DNA from: Candidatus Omnitrophota bacterium
GTDB taxonomy: Bacteria; Omnitrophota; Gorgyraeia; Gorgyraeales; Gorgyraeaceae
Assembly: GCA_003485765.1 (NCBI GenBank)
Contig: DNHS01000035.1
Coordinates: 127,745 to 191,744 of the forward strand
Direction of reading: 5' to 3'
DNA: 64,000 bases
The position numbers and the translations under genes were made by a program. The notes under the pieces were generated by a model. That model saw nothing but the letters and a program-made list of their open reading frames with translations. It was not told the origin of the DNA and ran no database searches. Each line of letters starts with the position of its first letter. Position 1 is the stretch's first letter. This document shows positions 37,291-47,454 of this stretch, piece by piece.

Positions 37291-38250
37291 ATGAAAGTTT
37301 TAATTACCGGCGGTGCAGGGTTTATCGGGTCGCACTTAAGCGATGAATTGATAGCAGGCGGGAATGAGGTAGTTATATTGGATGACCTTTCTACAGGAAG
37401 ATTTGAGAATATTACCCATTTAGACGGAAATAAGTCATTCCAATTTATAGAGGGCACTATACTTAATGAAACGCTTGTAGATAAATTAGTTGAAAGATGC
37501 GATGTGGTATATCATTTAGCCGCGGCAGTAGGAGTGGATCTTGTAGTAAAGAAGCCGCTAGAATCTTTAGTTACTAATATCAAAGGAAGCGAGATAGTTC
37601 TTGATATGGTGCACAGATATCATAAAAAGATTCTTATCACCTCTACGTCTGAGATATACGGCAAGAATACAAACGGCCCTTTAAAAGAAGATGATGACAG
37701 GATTTTAGGTTCGCCTCTTAAAGTGAGATGGGGTTATTCTACTGCAAAGGCAGTGGATGAAATGCTGGCTTATATTTACTGGAAAGAGAAAAAAGTTCCG
37801 ACTGTTATAGTGAGGCTTTTTAATACAGTTGGGCCGCGTCAGACAGGCGCTTATGGCATGGTAGTACCCAGATTCATAAATCAAGCTCTTAGAAATGAAG
37901 ATATAACTGTGTATGGGACAGGTAAGCAGTCCAGGTGTTTTTTGCATGTCAAAGATGTTATTAAGACGCTTATCAAGCTAATGAATAATAAAGACGCGGT
38001 TGGAAATGTGTTTAATATAGGGAGCCATGAAGAGATAACAATAGAAAATTTAGCGAAAAAAATAATAGAAATCTCTAAGAGTAAATCAAAAATTACTTAC
38101 ATATCTTACGAAAAAGCCTACGAAGAAGGTTTTGAAGACATGCAGCGCCGCGTGCCTGACACTACAAAGGTAAAAAATTTAGTCGGTTTCAATCCTACCA
38201 TGGATTTAGAAGGCATCATAAAAAGCGTAATAGAATATTATAAAAAATAA
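37291..38250 (+). CDS. NAD-dependent NDP-sugar epimerase/decarboxylase (extended SDR)
   Basis: TGGAGFIG, TSEIYG, YSTAK, FNTVGPRQ. Confidence 0.9.
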   Translation: MKVLITGGAGFIGSHLSDELIAGGNEVVILDDLSTGRFENITHLDGNKSFQFIEGTILNETLVDKLVERCDVVYHLAAAVGVDLVVKKPLESLVTNIKGSEIVLDMVHRYHKKILITSTSEIYGKNTNGPLKEDDDRILGSPLKVRWGYSTAKAVDEMLAYIYWKEKKVPTVIVRLFNTVGPRQTGAYGMVVPRFINQALRNEDITVYGTGKQSRCFLHVKDVIKTLIKLMNNKDAVGNVFNIGSHEEITIENLAKKIIEISKSKSKITYISYEKAYEEGFEDMQRRVPDTTKVKNLVGFNPTMDLEGIIKSVIEYYKK

Positions 38251-38252
38251 TC

Positions 38253-40031
38253 ATGCTCAAGTCTTACCTGATACCATTCTTATTATCCTTCAGTCTTTCA
38301 ATACTAATAACGCCCATTGTTAAAAGAATAGCTATATTAAAAGGCTGTATCGCGAAGCCGCGGGAAGACAGATGGAACAAAAATCCCACAGCGCTTTTCG
38401 GCGGGATAGCTATTTTCCTGAGTTTTATTATCCCGTATGTCATCTTTGTAAAATTCAACATGGAAAATCTAGGGATTATCCTGGCTGGGTGTTTTATATT
38501 CGGCGTAGGGATTTTCGATGACATAGCCCGTATAAAGCCTTACACGAAACTTCTTACTCAGATAGTGGCAGCCGCGCTGCTTCTTAATTTTGGAATAAAG
38601 ATAAACGCGATTCCTTATCCTCTCATAAGCGCGCCTCTTACAATATTATGGATAGTCGCGATTATCAATTCCTTTAATCTGCTGGACAATATGGACGGGC
38701 TTTCCGGAGGCATAGCCGCTATAGTAGGCGCGGTCTTATTTTTATTCTCTATTTTAAACGGGAATTTTGAGGTGGGACTACCTGCCCTTATTCTTACAGG
38801 AAGCCTTTTAGGATTTTTAAGATATAATTTTAAACCCGCTCAGATTTTCATGGGAGACTCAGGAAGCATGTTTATAGGTTTAATGCTGGGGGCCATTACT
38901 TTACATGGGAGCTGGCAAGAATCAACGCATCTAGTGATGGTGCTTCTTATCCCTATACTTATCTTAGCGGTTCCTATATTTGACACAATGTTTGTAGCTT
39001 TAATGAGAAGCATAAATTCGCGTAAGGTTTTTCAAGGCGGCAAAGACCATCTATCCCACAGGATGGTGGTTTTGGGGCTTTCTGAGCGAAAGACTGTTTT
39101 GGCGCTCTATTCTATGAGCATAGTTTTCGGGGCTATAAGCATACTTTCTATGTTTGTGAGCCCGGCTGTAACAATTGTTCTTATACTTTTAGCCGTGATA
39201 AGCCTTATTTATTTCGGAGCTTTTTTAGGCAAGGTTAAGGTATATGAAGATAATGGTTTAAACGGAGCCAGGAAAAAGAATGGAGGAGTTGTATTAAACG
39301 GCGTTTTAATGCACAAAAGAAGAATACTGGAAGTCGGAGTGGATTTTATTCTTATATGCCTGGCGTATATCGCGGCAAATCTTTTAAGATATGAAGGCAT
39401 TTTATCCATTAATAGCCAGGATTTGATAGTTAAATCTTTGCCTTTAATATTGATCGTAAAATTTATTGTATTCTTCGGATTCGGGCTTTATAGAGGCATG
39501 TGGCGTTATGTGAGCGTTTTAGAGCTTGTAAATATTTTTAAAGCAGTATCTTTCGCGTCTATCGTTTCTAGCCTGGCAGTGCTTTTTATATGGCGTTTTC
39601 AGGGATTCTCAAGGACTGTTTTTATAATAGATTGGCTGTTGCTTTTTATTTTTGTTTCAGGATCCAGGGTGCTTGAGAGGGTATATAAAGAGATTTTTGA
39701 CCAGGCTAACCTTAACGGCAAAAAGGTCCTTATTTATGGCGCAGGCGATGCGGGAGAATTTATGCTTAGAGAAATCAGGAATAATAAAATCCTTCATTAT
39801 GATCCTGTGGGATTTTTGGATGATGACGAAGAAAAAATAGGCCGCCGCATACACGGTGTAGCTGTCCTTGGAACCAGAAAAGACATGGAAAAATTCCTGA
39901 AAACTAAAGAAGCGAATGAACTCATAATAGCTATTCCAGGTATAGATAAATATATTTTAGAAGAGGTAATATCCATCTGTAATAGCCTTGATATAAAGTA
40001 TAAAAAAATCTCAGATATATTGCCGAGGTAA
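38253..40031 (+). CDS. WecA/MraY-family polyprenyl-phosphate sugar-1-P transferase fused to a PglF/CapD-type N-terminal membrane + Rossmann segment
   Basis: GIFDD, NLLDNMDGL, FMGDSGS, DHLSHR; then GLYRGMWRY..IYGAGDAG..GFLDDD. Confidence 0.85.
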   Translation: MLKSYLIPFLLSFSLSILITPIVKRIAILKGCIAKPREDRWNKNPTALFGGIAIFLSFIIPYVIFVKFNMENLGIILAGCFIFGVGIFDDIARIKPYTKLLTQIVAAALLLNFGIKINAIPYPLISAPLTILWIVAIINSFNLLDNMDGLSGGIAAIVGAVLFLFSILNGNFEVGLPALILTGSLLGFLRYNFKPAQIFMGDSGSMFIGLMLGAITLHGSWQESTHLVMVLLIPILILAVPIFDTMFVALMRSINSRKVFQGGKDHLSHRMVVLGLSERKTVLALYSMSIVFGAISILSMFVSPAVTIVLILLAVISLIYFGAFLGKVKVYEDNGLNGARKKNGGVVLNGVLMHKRRILEVGVDFILICLAYIAANLLRYEGILSINSQDLIVKSLPLILIVKFIVFFGFGLYRGMWRYVSVLELVNIFKAVSFASIVSSLAVLFIWRFQGFSRTVFIIDWLLLFIFVSGSRVLERVYKEIFDQANLNGKKVLIYGAGDAGEFMLREIRNNKILHYDPVGFLDDDEEKIGRRIHGVAVLGTRKDMEKFLKTKEANELIIAIPGIDKYILEEVISICNSLDIKYKKISDILPR

Positions 40032-40038
40032 TTTTAAT

Positions 40039-41037
40039 ATGCAGAAAAAAAATGTAATAGTTACTGGCGGAGCGGGTTTTATAGGAAGCCATCTTGTGGA
40101 TAAGCTTTTAGAAGAGGGCCATAAGGTAACAGTCCTGGATAATTTTTCTACAGGCAGGCTTCAAAATCTAGCTCATATAAAAGGCAATACAAACTTTATT
40201 CTTAAAGAAGCGGATGTGAGCGATTTAGGCGCCATAAAAGAGTATTTTAAAGGTATTGACTGGGTGTTTCATATGGCAGCTCTTGCGGATATTGTGCCGT
40301 CAATTACAAACCCATTGGAATATCACCAGTCTAATGTAGATGGCACATTTAGCGCGCTTGAGGCATCCAGAATGTCAGGCGTTAAAAGATTTGTCTATAC
40401 AGCGTCTTCATCTTGTTATGGGTTGCCGGAAGTTATTCCTACGCCTGAAGATAGCCCTATAAAGTCGGAGTATCCTTACGCCCTTACAAAATATGTAGGC
40501 GAGTGTTATGCGATGAACTGGGCAAAGATTTATAAACTGCCTGTTATATCGCTGAGGCTTTTCAATGTTTACGGCCCGCGTTCCAGGACATCAGGCACTT
40601 ACGGCGCTGTGTTTGGAGTTTTTTTGGCGCAGAAGCTTGCAGGAAAACCGTTTACTGTAGTAGGGAATGGAAACCAGACAAGGGATTTTACATATGTAAG
40701 CGATGTGGTCAGGGCGTTTATAGCAGCAGCTGAATCTGATATAATAGGAGAGATTTTTAATGTAGGAAGCGGCAATACTTATAGCGTCAATAGATTGGTG
40801 GAGCTCTTGGGAGGCGAAAAAGTATATATACCTAAAAGACCGGGGGAGCCGGACTCTACTTTTGCGGATATTTCAAAGATAAAAAAAATATTGGGCTGGA
40901 AACCGGAAGTAAGTTTCGAAAAAGGGGTAAAGATTTTACTGGAGAATATTGATTACTGGGCCGAAGCTCCTGTGTGGACGCCTGAGAAAATCAAAGACGC
41001 TACGAAAGAATGGTTTAAATATTTAGGAGCAAAATAA
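40039..41037 (+). CDS. NAD-dependent NDP-sugar epimerase (extended SDR)
   Basis: TGGAGFIG, ASSSCYG, YALTK, FNVYGPR. Confidence 0.9.
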   Translation: MQKKNVIVTGGAGFIGSHLVDKLLEEGHKVTVLDNFSTGRLQNLAHIKGNTNFILKEADVSDLGAIKEYFKGIDWVFHMAALADIVPSITNPLEYHQSNVDGTFSALEASRMSGVKRFVYTASSSCYGLPEVIPTPEDSPIKSEYPYALTKYVGECYAMNWAKIYKLPVISLRLFNVYGPRSRTSGTYGAVFGVFLAQKLAGKPFTVVGNGNQTRDFTYVSDVVRAFIAAAESDIIGEIFNVGSGNTYSVNRLVELLGGEKVYIPKRPGEPDSTFADISKIKKILGWKPEVSFEKGVKILLENIDYWAEAPVWTPEKIKDATKEWFKYLGAK

Positions 41038-42555
41038 ATGAATAAAATAAAAACATTAGATGAATTAGCCGGTATAATACAGCAGTTTAAAAAGAAAGGT
41101 AAAAAGATAGTCCAGTGCCATGGCGTTTTTGACCTTTTACATCCTGGCCATATACGGCACTTTGAATCTGCCAGAAAACAGGGCGATGCGCTTATAGTTA
41201 CTTTGACAAAGGATAAATATGTCAATAAAGGACCTGGCAGGCCTGTTTTTAACCAGCGCCTCAGGGCTGAATCAATCGCGGCTCTTCAGTGTGTGGATTA
41301 TGTAGCAATCAACGAATGGCCTACAGCCACTGAGACTATAAAAAAATTAAAGCCTGATGTGTATGCAAAGGGCAGTGACTACAGCGACTCTAAAAAAGAC
41401 CTGACAGGTGAGATCCGCAATGAAGAAAGCGCAGTGCGCTCGGTTGGCGGCAGAATTTATTTTACAGACGATATAACTTTCAGTTCTACTAAATTATTAA
41501 ATACTCATTTTAGCGTATATCCTGAAGAGACAGGTGAATATCTAAGGGATTTCAGAGAGAAGTATACTGCGGATCAGATTATAAAATACCTGAAAGACCT
41601 GGCCGGCATGAAGGTGCTTGTTATAGGAGACGCAATTATAGATGAGTATCACTATTGCAGGGCTATGGGCAAAGCCTCAAAGGAAAATATCATCCCTACA
41701 AGATTCCTGCGCGATGAAACATTTGCAGGAGGAGCGCTTGCGGCCGCGAATCATATAGCCGGTTTCTGCAGGAATGTCCAGCTCGTAACGTGCCTGGGTA
41801 GCCAGAATAGTTACGAGAGTTTTATAAAAAGCAAGCTTAAGCCTAATATAAAAACAAAATTTTTCTTACGCGAAGGCGTGCCTACTACTGTGAAGCGCAG
41901 ATTTATAGAAGACGCGTTTTTATCAAAGTTATTTGAGGTATGTTTTTTAGATGACAGGCCTTTGCCGGAAAAATTGGAGTCAAAGCTTCATGTGTATTTA
42001 AAAGGTATAATCAAGAATTTTGACCTAGTACTAGTGGGGGATTTTGGACATGGGTTTATTGAGAAAAATACAGTTGAGTTTCTGGCTCGAAAGGCTAATT
42101 TCTTGGCTGTTAACGCTCAGACTAACAGCGCGAACGCGGGCTTTAATCTGATAACTAAATATCCCCGCGCGGATTATATATGCATTGATGAGCCTGAGAT
42201 CAGGCTTGCGGCTCATAATAAATTTGATAATATAGAAAACCTGATTACTGGAATCGCAAAGCAAGTAAAGTATAAAAAAATAATAGTTACGCTTGGGCAT
42301 AAGGGCTCCATAGGCTACAGTCCAAAAGAAGGTTTTTCAAGGGCTCCTGTTTTCTCAAAGGAGATTGTGGACAGGATGGGCGCTGGGGACGCTTTTATTT
42401 CTGTTACAGCCCCGTGCGCAGCAGCCGGCTATCCGATGGATGTAATAGGATTCATAGGAAATGCAGTGGGCGCGATGAAGGTTCTGATAGTAGGGAACCG
42501 CTCGTCAGTAGAACCCGTGCCGCTGTATAAATTTATAAGTACATTATTAAAATAA
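41038..42555 (+). CDS. Bifunctional nucleotidyltransferase / PfkB sugar kinase (HldE-like, reversed domain order)
   Basis: N-terminal HGVFDLLHPGH..KGPGRP; C-terminal GDAIIDEY..DRMGAGDAF. Confidence 0.85.
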   Translation: MNKIKTLDELAGIIQQFKKKGKKIVQCHGVFDLLHPGHIRHFESARKQGDALIVTLTKDKYVNKGPGRPVFNQRLRAESIAALQCVDYVAINEWPTATETIKKLKPDVYAKGSDYSDSKKDLTGEIRNEESAVRSVGGRIYFTDDITFSSTKLLNTHFSVYPEETGEYLRDFREKYTADQIIKYLKDLAGMKVLVIGDAIIDEYHYCRAMGKASKENIIPTRFLRDETFAGGALAAANHIAGFCRNVQLVTCLGSQNSYESFIKSKLKPNIKTKFFLREGVPTTVKRRFIEDAFLSKLFEVCFLDDRPLPEKLESKLHVYLKGIIKNFDLVLVGDFGHGFIEKNTVEFLARKANFLAVNAQTNSANAGFNLITKYPRADYICIDEPEIRLAAHNKFDNIENLITGIAKQVKYKKIIVTLGHKGSIGYSPKEGFSRAPVFSKEIVDRMGAGDAFISVTAPCAAAGYPMDVIGFIGNAVGAMKVLIVGNRSSVEPVPLYKFISTLLK

Positions 42556-42567
42556 TATTTAGGCCTT

Positions 42568-42610
42568 AAACAACTTTACATTTCAACAATGTTGATTTGT
42601 AAAGTTGTTT
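42568..42610. repeat. 43-bp palindrome family, copy 1
   Basis: aaacaactttacatttcaacaatgttgatttgtaaagttgttt; homologous to 63181-63223. Confidence 0.85.
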
Positions 42611-42628
42611 GGAAACATAGGAGTTTAC

Positions 42629-43195
42629 ATGTTTACTTATTTTGAAAAGCTGAACCGTCTTTTTATGGAAATGGAAGCCAGCGATAAAAACAGAAAGAGA
42701 GTCGATATTTCCTCAGCTCTTAAAAGTAGCGTGGAGCTGATAAAGAAAACTGCTGGTAAAGGTAATAAGATTATGTTTATTGGAAACGGCGGAAGCGCCA
42801 GTATATCAAGCCACATGGCAATAGATTTCTGGAAAAATAGCGGGATAAAGGCAGTGAGTTTTAATGACAGCGCTCAGTTGACTTGTCTAGGTAATGACTT
42901 TGGGTATGAGCATGTGTTTGAAAAACCAATAGAGTTTTTCGCTGAAACAGGAGATGTGCTTATAGCAATATCCAGTTCCGGCAAATCAAAAAATATATTA
43001 AAAGGGGTCAAGGCAGCAAGGCTCAAAAAATGCAAGGTCATAACAATGTCCGGATTTTCCAAAAACAATCCTTTAAGAAAAATGGGGTATTTGAATTTTT
43101 ATGTCCCGTCTGATTCTTATGGTTTTGTAGAGATTGCTCACGGCGCAATCTGCCACCTGTTCGCGGATTACACCTATAAAAAACCCAATGGATAA
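42629..43195 (+). CDS. gmhA: SIS-domain phosphoheptose isomerase-like protein
   Basis: GNGGSA..SH, NDFGY, ISSSGKSKN, VEIAH. Confidence 0.75.
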   Translation: MFTYFEKLNRLFMEMEASDKNRKRVDISSALKSSVELIKKTAGKGNKIMFIGNGGSASISSHMAIDFWKNSGIKAVSFNDSAQLTCLGNDFGYEHVFEKPIEFFAETGDVLIAISSSGKSKNILKGVKAARLKKCKVITMSGFSKNNPLRKMGYLNFYVPSDSYGFVEIAHGAICHLFADYTYKKPNG

Positions 43196-44255
43196 ATATC
43201 GCATAGACAGTCATAAACTGATGTTTCATACCAGCCGCGTTAATGACTGGCTTAACGGAAAGCCCATCTATCCTATCTATATAGAAGTCTCTCCTAGTGG
43301 CTCGTGCAATCATCGCTGCACATACTGCGGTTTGGATTTCATGAAATACAGGCCGAAATTTCTTGAAACAGGAGTATTTAAAAAACGCCTTGTTGAAATG
43401 GGGAAATGTGGAGTAAAGAGTATCATGTATGCCGGAGAAGGCGAGCCTTTTCTGCATAAAGACATGGCGGAGATAACCAAGGCTACTAAGAAAGCAGGGA
43501 TAGACGTAGCTTTTACTACAAATGGCGCGTTATTTAATAAAGGATTAGCAGAAAATATTTTGCCTTACGCTTCATGGATCAAGGTGAGCATTAATGCTGG
43601 AAAGCCGGCTACTTATAAGAAAATACATCGCTCGCCCAGCGGTGATTTTGAACGCGTTTTTGAGAACATGTCTTATGCTGCTGAATTGCGCGATAAAAAG
43701 GGATATAATTGCACTCTCGGGATGCAGCTTGTTCTTCTGCCGCAAAACAGCGGAGAAGTTGAGCTTTTGGCAGAAAAGGCAAAAGAAATAGGCATGGATT
43801 ATCTTGTGGTAAAGCCTTATTCACAGCATCCGCAGAGCAAAACCAGGATTTTTAAAGATATAAAATACAGCAAGTACTACGATATGGCGGACAGTTTAAG
43901 CAGGTATAATGACAAGAATTTTCACATTGTGTTCAGGATTCATGCTATGCAGAAATGGGATGGCGCAGATAAAAGCTATAAACATTGTCTTGCTTTGCCT
44001 TTCTGGTCTTATATAGATTCGGATGGAAATGTGTGGGCATGCAGTATTTATTTAACCGATAAAAAGTTTATGATAGGCAATATTTATAAAGACAGTTTCG
44101 GTCAAATATATAAAAGCGATAAGTATAAAAAACTTATCAATAGAGCTGGTAAGGCGTTAGACACATCCAAGTGCCGTGTTAATTGCCGCATGGATGAGAT
44201 TAACAGATACTTATGGGAGCTTAAAAATCCTTCGGAACATGTGAATTTTATATAA
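43188..44255 (+). CDS. Radical SAM protein with twitch/SPASM domain
   Basis: IDSHKL, CNHRCTYC, GEGEP, TTNG, C..AC..C...C. Confidence 0.9.
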   Translation: MDKYRIDSHKLMFHTSRVNDWLNGKPIYPIYIEVSPSGSCNHRCTYCGLDFMKYRPKFLETGVFKKRLVEMGKCGVKSIMYAGEGEPFLHKDMAEITKATKKAGIDVAFTTNGALFNKGLAENILPYASWIKVSINAGKPATYKKIHRSPSGDFERVFENMSYAAELRDKKGYNCTLGMQLVLLPQNSGEVELLAEKAKEIGMDYLVVKPYSQHPQSKTRIFKDIKYSKYYDMADSLSRYNDKNFHIVFRIHAMQKWDGADKSYKHCLALPFWSYIDSDGNVWACSIYLTDKKFMIGNIYKDSFGQIYKSDKYKKLINRAGKALDTSKCRVNCRMDEINRYLWELKNPSEHVNFI

Positions 44256-44267
44256 TAATAAATTTAT

Positions 44268-45101
44268 ATGGATAAAGAAAATTTTTTAAAGAAAAAGGCT
44301 GATGCAATAAGGGACGATGTTATAAGAGTTTCTATAAAGAATAAGGCAGGCCATATCGCGCCTTCTTTGTCCTGCGTGGATATACTTACCGCCCTTTATT
44401 ACGATGTAATGGCGTATAGGCCCAAAGACCCTTTATGGGAGGCAAGAGACAGGCTGATTTTTTCCAAAGGCCATGGTTGTTATGCGCTTTATGCGATTCT
44501 TGCGGATAAAGGGGTTATACCTAAAAAAGAATGGAAAGGGTTTTATACGCCTTCGAGCTCTCTTTCAGGGTGTATAGAGCGAAGGCCTAAATACGGGTTT
44601 GAAGCGAGCTGTGGTTCTCTTGGCCATGGTTTGCCGATTGCAGTTGGCGTTGCATTTGGAGCAAAGCTATGGAATAAAAATTACCATACTTTTTGCATTG
44701 CAGGAGACGGAGAATTGCAGGAGGGGACTACATGGGAAGCTTTGCAGTTTGCTGTCAAACATGAAATACGAAACCTCACTGTCATCATTGATTCAAACCG
44801 CCTTCAGGCAATGGATTTTGTTACAGATGTTCTTGATAAAGAAGCGCATGATAATATTAAAAGGATTAAAGGGTTTGGCCTGTCGCCTGTAGTGTGCCCT
44901 GGCCATGATGTTTGGAAACTGGCAGGTTTTCTCAGGCAAGCCAGGGCATTATCAGGGAATAAGCCTAATGTAATTATTGCGAAGACAGTAAAAGGTTTTG
45001 GCTTAAAATGTATGGAAAATGTTCCGAAATTTCATTTTCGTATTCCTAACGACGAAGAATTATCCATGGGTAAGAGTTATGAATCGTGCGCAGAATTTTA
45101 G
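44268..45101 (+). CDS. Transketolase N-terminal (TPP-binding) subunit
   Basis: GHIAPSLS, SKGHG, GSLGHG, GDGELQEG..N, TVKG. Confidence 0.9.
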   Translation: MDKENFLKKKADAIRDDVIRVSIKNKAGHIAPSLSCVDILTALYYDVMAYRPKDPLWEARDRLIFSKGHGCYALYAILADKGVIPKKEWKGFYTPSSSLSGCIERRPKYGFEASCGSLGHGLPIAVGVAFGAKLWNKNYHTFCIAGDGELQEGTTWEALQFAVKHEIRNLTVIIDSNRLQAMDFVTDVLDKEAHDNIKRIKGFGLSPVVCPGHDVWKLAGFLRQARALSGNKPNVIIAKTVKGFGLKCMENVPKFHFRIPNDEELSMGKSYESCAEF

Positions 45102-45570
45102 AAAAGACATTGTAAATTATATCGCGCCGTATTTTCGCAAGGATAAAAGATATATCCTCTTGGTATGCGATATGGGGTTTGGCGTTGTCGACCAATTAAA
45201 GAAAGAATTTCCGAAAAGGGTTATTAATTGCGGTATTATGGAGCAGGGCGTTGTAGGCATTGCCGCGGGAATGAGTCTGAGCGGGTCTATTCCTATAGTA
45301 TATTCAATAGTAAATTTTCTGGTTTATAGGGCGTTTGAACAGGTAAGAAACGATGTAATACTGCAGGGCTTGAATGTTAAGTTTATAGCGACAGGCGTAA
45401 ATAATTATTTTAAATTTCTCGGGCCTTCGCATTGCTGCGGGTCAGATGATATCAAATTAATGAAATTTATCAATATGAAAGTGTATGACCCCTATACCTC
45501 AAAGAAGCCGTTTAATAAGATTGTTGATGAATGGATATCCAGCGATAAAGCAGGTTATATTCGTGTTTAA
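45079..45570 (+). CDS. Transketolase pyrimidine-binding subunit, lacking the C-terminal domain
   Basis: DMGFG, NCGIMEQ, RAFEQVRND, GPSH; ends at GYIRV. Confidence 0.8.
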   Translation: MNRAQNFRKDIVNYIAPYFRKDKRYILLVCDMGFGVVDQLKKEFPKRVINCGIMEQGVVGIAAGMSLSGSIPIVYSIVNFLVYRAFEQVRNDVILQGLNVKFIATGVNNYFKFLGPSHCCGSDDIKLMKFINMKVYDPYTSKKPFNKIVDEWISSDKAGYIRV

Positions 45571-45587
45571 AAAAAGGCATTCAAGGC

Positions 45588-46292
45588 ATGGCTAACCAAT
45601 TTTCCATATCAGTAATTGTTCCGGCTTACAATGAAGAGCAGAATATAGCAGGAGCTGTTTCAGCGATTAAAGCGGCAGCAGCCAATAGGTTCAGCGAATA
45701 CGAAATACTTATTATTGACGACGCCAGTTCGGATAATACAGGTTCCATAGCTGATAAAATTTCCAGGGAAAACCCTAATGTAAAAGTTTTTCACAATTCT
45801 AAAAACATGGGGTTTGGTTACAATTATAAGATGGGCGTAGGCTTGGCAACCAAGGACTATATAGGGCTTATCCCTGGCGACAATGAAATACTTGAAGATT
45901 CTATAAAGGATATATTCAGCTGCGCGGGCAAAGCGGATATGGTGTTGCCGTATCATACGAATTCTGAAGAAAGGTCCTTATTGAGGCGCAGTCTGTCAGG
46001 AGGTTTTACAGCGCTTTTAAATTTATTATTTGGCTATAAACTTAAGTATTACAATGGCCCTGTGGTGCATAAAAGGGAGATAGTAACTAAAGTTCGGATG
46101 ACTACAGATGGGTTTGCGTATCAGGCGGAGATTATAACCCGGCTGTTGAAAGCCGGGCATTCATATATTGAAGTTGGCATGAAAATCCGCATCCGCCAGC
46201 ATGGCCACTCAAAGGCGCTGTATCCGAAAAATGTCTGGAGCGTTTTAAAAACCATAGCAAAGCTATGCTGGGAATTAAATCTTAAAAGATGA
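45588..46292 (+). CDS. GT2 glycosyltransferase (DPM-synthase-like)
   Basis: VPAYNEE, DDASSD, PGDNE. Confidence 0.85.
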   Translation: MANQFSISVIVPAYNEEQNIAGAVSAIKAAAANRFSEYEILIIDDASSDNTGSIADKISRENPNVKVFHNSKNMGFGYNYKMGVGLATKDYIGLIPGDNEILEDSIKDIFSCAGKADMVLPYHTNSEERSLLRRSLSGGFTALLNLLFGYKLKYYNGPVVHKREIVTKVRMTTDGFAYQAEIITRLLKAGHSYIEVGMKIRIRQHGHSKALYPKNVWSVLKTIAKLCWELNLKR

Positions 46293-47404
46293 GAATAGGG
46301 ATAGACATACGTTCAACCCTTAAAAAACAAACCGGCATCGGCAGATATACCCTTAATCTTATAAATTCCCTCGCAAAAATAGATTCCAAAAATGAGTATT
46401 TTCTTTATAGCAGGAAAAAGCTGTTAGATTTTAAAAAACGCCTGCCTAGACTGCCTGCCGGAAATTTTCGCCACTGCGTAGATTATTTTAAAAAGGGTCC
46501 TGACAGAGTTTTACCGGAGTTAGATATATTCCATACATCTTCTTATGATCTAGAGAGGCCAAAAAAAGCAGAAAGATTTATTGTTACTATCCACGATGTG
46601 ATTATTAAAGCCTATCCCTATGGCCATAGCGAGAAGACAATAAAAGAAGTAGATGGCGAGCTGAAGAGGGTTTTAGGAGAAGCTGATTTATTAATAGCTG
46701 ATTCGAATAATACGAAGGCTGACATGGGAAAGTTCTACCAGGTTTCTGAATCCAAAATTAAAGTTATTTATCCAGGCGTAAATATTAGTGATTCTTCTCG
46801 ACTCGGCCTTCGGCCTCGCTCGAAGAATATTGCCAATATTGTTCGAGCGAGCAGCGAAGCTGCGAGTCGAGAACAATATATTCTTTTTGTAGGCACCATT
46901 GAGCCCCGCAAAAATATACAGGGTCTGATAAAGGCATTTAATCTATTAAAAAAAGAACATGGCATAGCGCATAAATTAATCATCGCAGGCATGAAAGGCT
47001 GGATGTACGAAGATATTTTTAAAGAATACGAAAATTCTGCGTTTAAAAACGATATAATATTTAAAGGCTATATCAGCGATCAGGAGCTTGCTCGATTATA
47101 TAAAAACGCCTCAGTTTTTGTGTACCCATCATTCTATGAAGGATTTGGGTTTCCCATCCTGGAAGCTTTTGGCTATGGTGTGCCAGTGGTGACATCTAAA
47201 ACATCATCCTGCGGAGAGATAGCAGGGGATAGCGCTTTGTTGGTTAATCCGGAGCGTTATCAGGAAATAGTGGAAGCAATATTAAAAATTATTAGTGATA
47301 GTTCGCTTAGGCAGGGGTTAATCATCAAAGGTTTTGAGAGAGCCGAATTGTTTACATGGCAAAATACATCAATAGAGTTTCTTAATTGTTTGACAAATAC
47401 CTAA
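46289..47404 (+). CDS. GT4 glycosyltransferase (mannosyltransferase-like) with an in-frame palindromic insertion
   Basis: TGIGRY, GTIEPRKN, YPSFYEGFGFPILEA; extra SSRLGLRPRSKNIANIVRASSEAASRE segment. Confidence 0.9.
   Translation: MRIGIDIRSTLKKQTGIGRYTLNLINSLAKIDSKNEYFLYSRKKLLDFKKRLPRLPAGNFRHCVDYFKKGPDRVLPELDIFHTSSYDLERPKKAERFIVTIHDVIIKAYPYGHSEKTIKEVDGELKRVLGEADLLIADSNNTKADMGKFYQVSESKIKVIYPGVNISDSSRLGLRPRSKNIANIVRASSEAASREQYILFVGTIEPRKNIQGLIKAFNLLKKEHGIAHKLIIAGMKGWMYEDIFKEYENSAFKNDIIFKGYISDQELARLYKNASVFVYPSFYEGFGFPILEAFGYGVPVVTSKTSSCGEIAGDSALLVNPERYQEIVEAILKIISDSSLRQGLIIKGFERAELFTWQNTSIEFLNCLTNT
46795..46873. repeat. 79-bp cruciform palindromic element inside a GT4 gene
   Basis: ttctcgactc / gagtcgagaa outer stem, ggcc-TTC-ggcc and gcagc-GAA-gctgc side hairpins, tcgctcgaa / ttcgagcga inner stem, aatattg-c-caatatt apex. 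Confidence 0.9.
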
Positions 47405-47426
47405 TTTTATGGCATACTTAAGTATG
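47390..47426 (+). promoter_or_regulatory. sigma70 promoter/operator of the RHH-MazF pair
   Basis: TTGACA-N17-CATACT; perfect palindrome CATACTTAAGTATG. Confidence 0.7.
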
Positions 47427-47454
47427 AATAAAGTATTACTAAAAGGAGGGTTGT

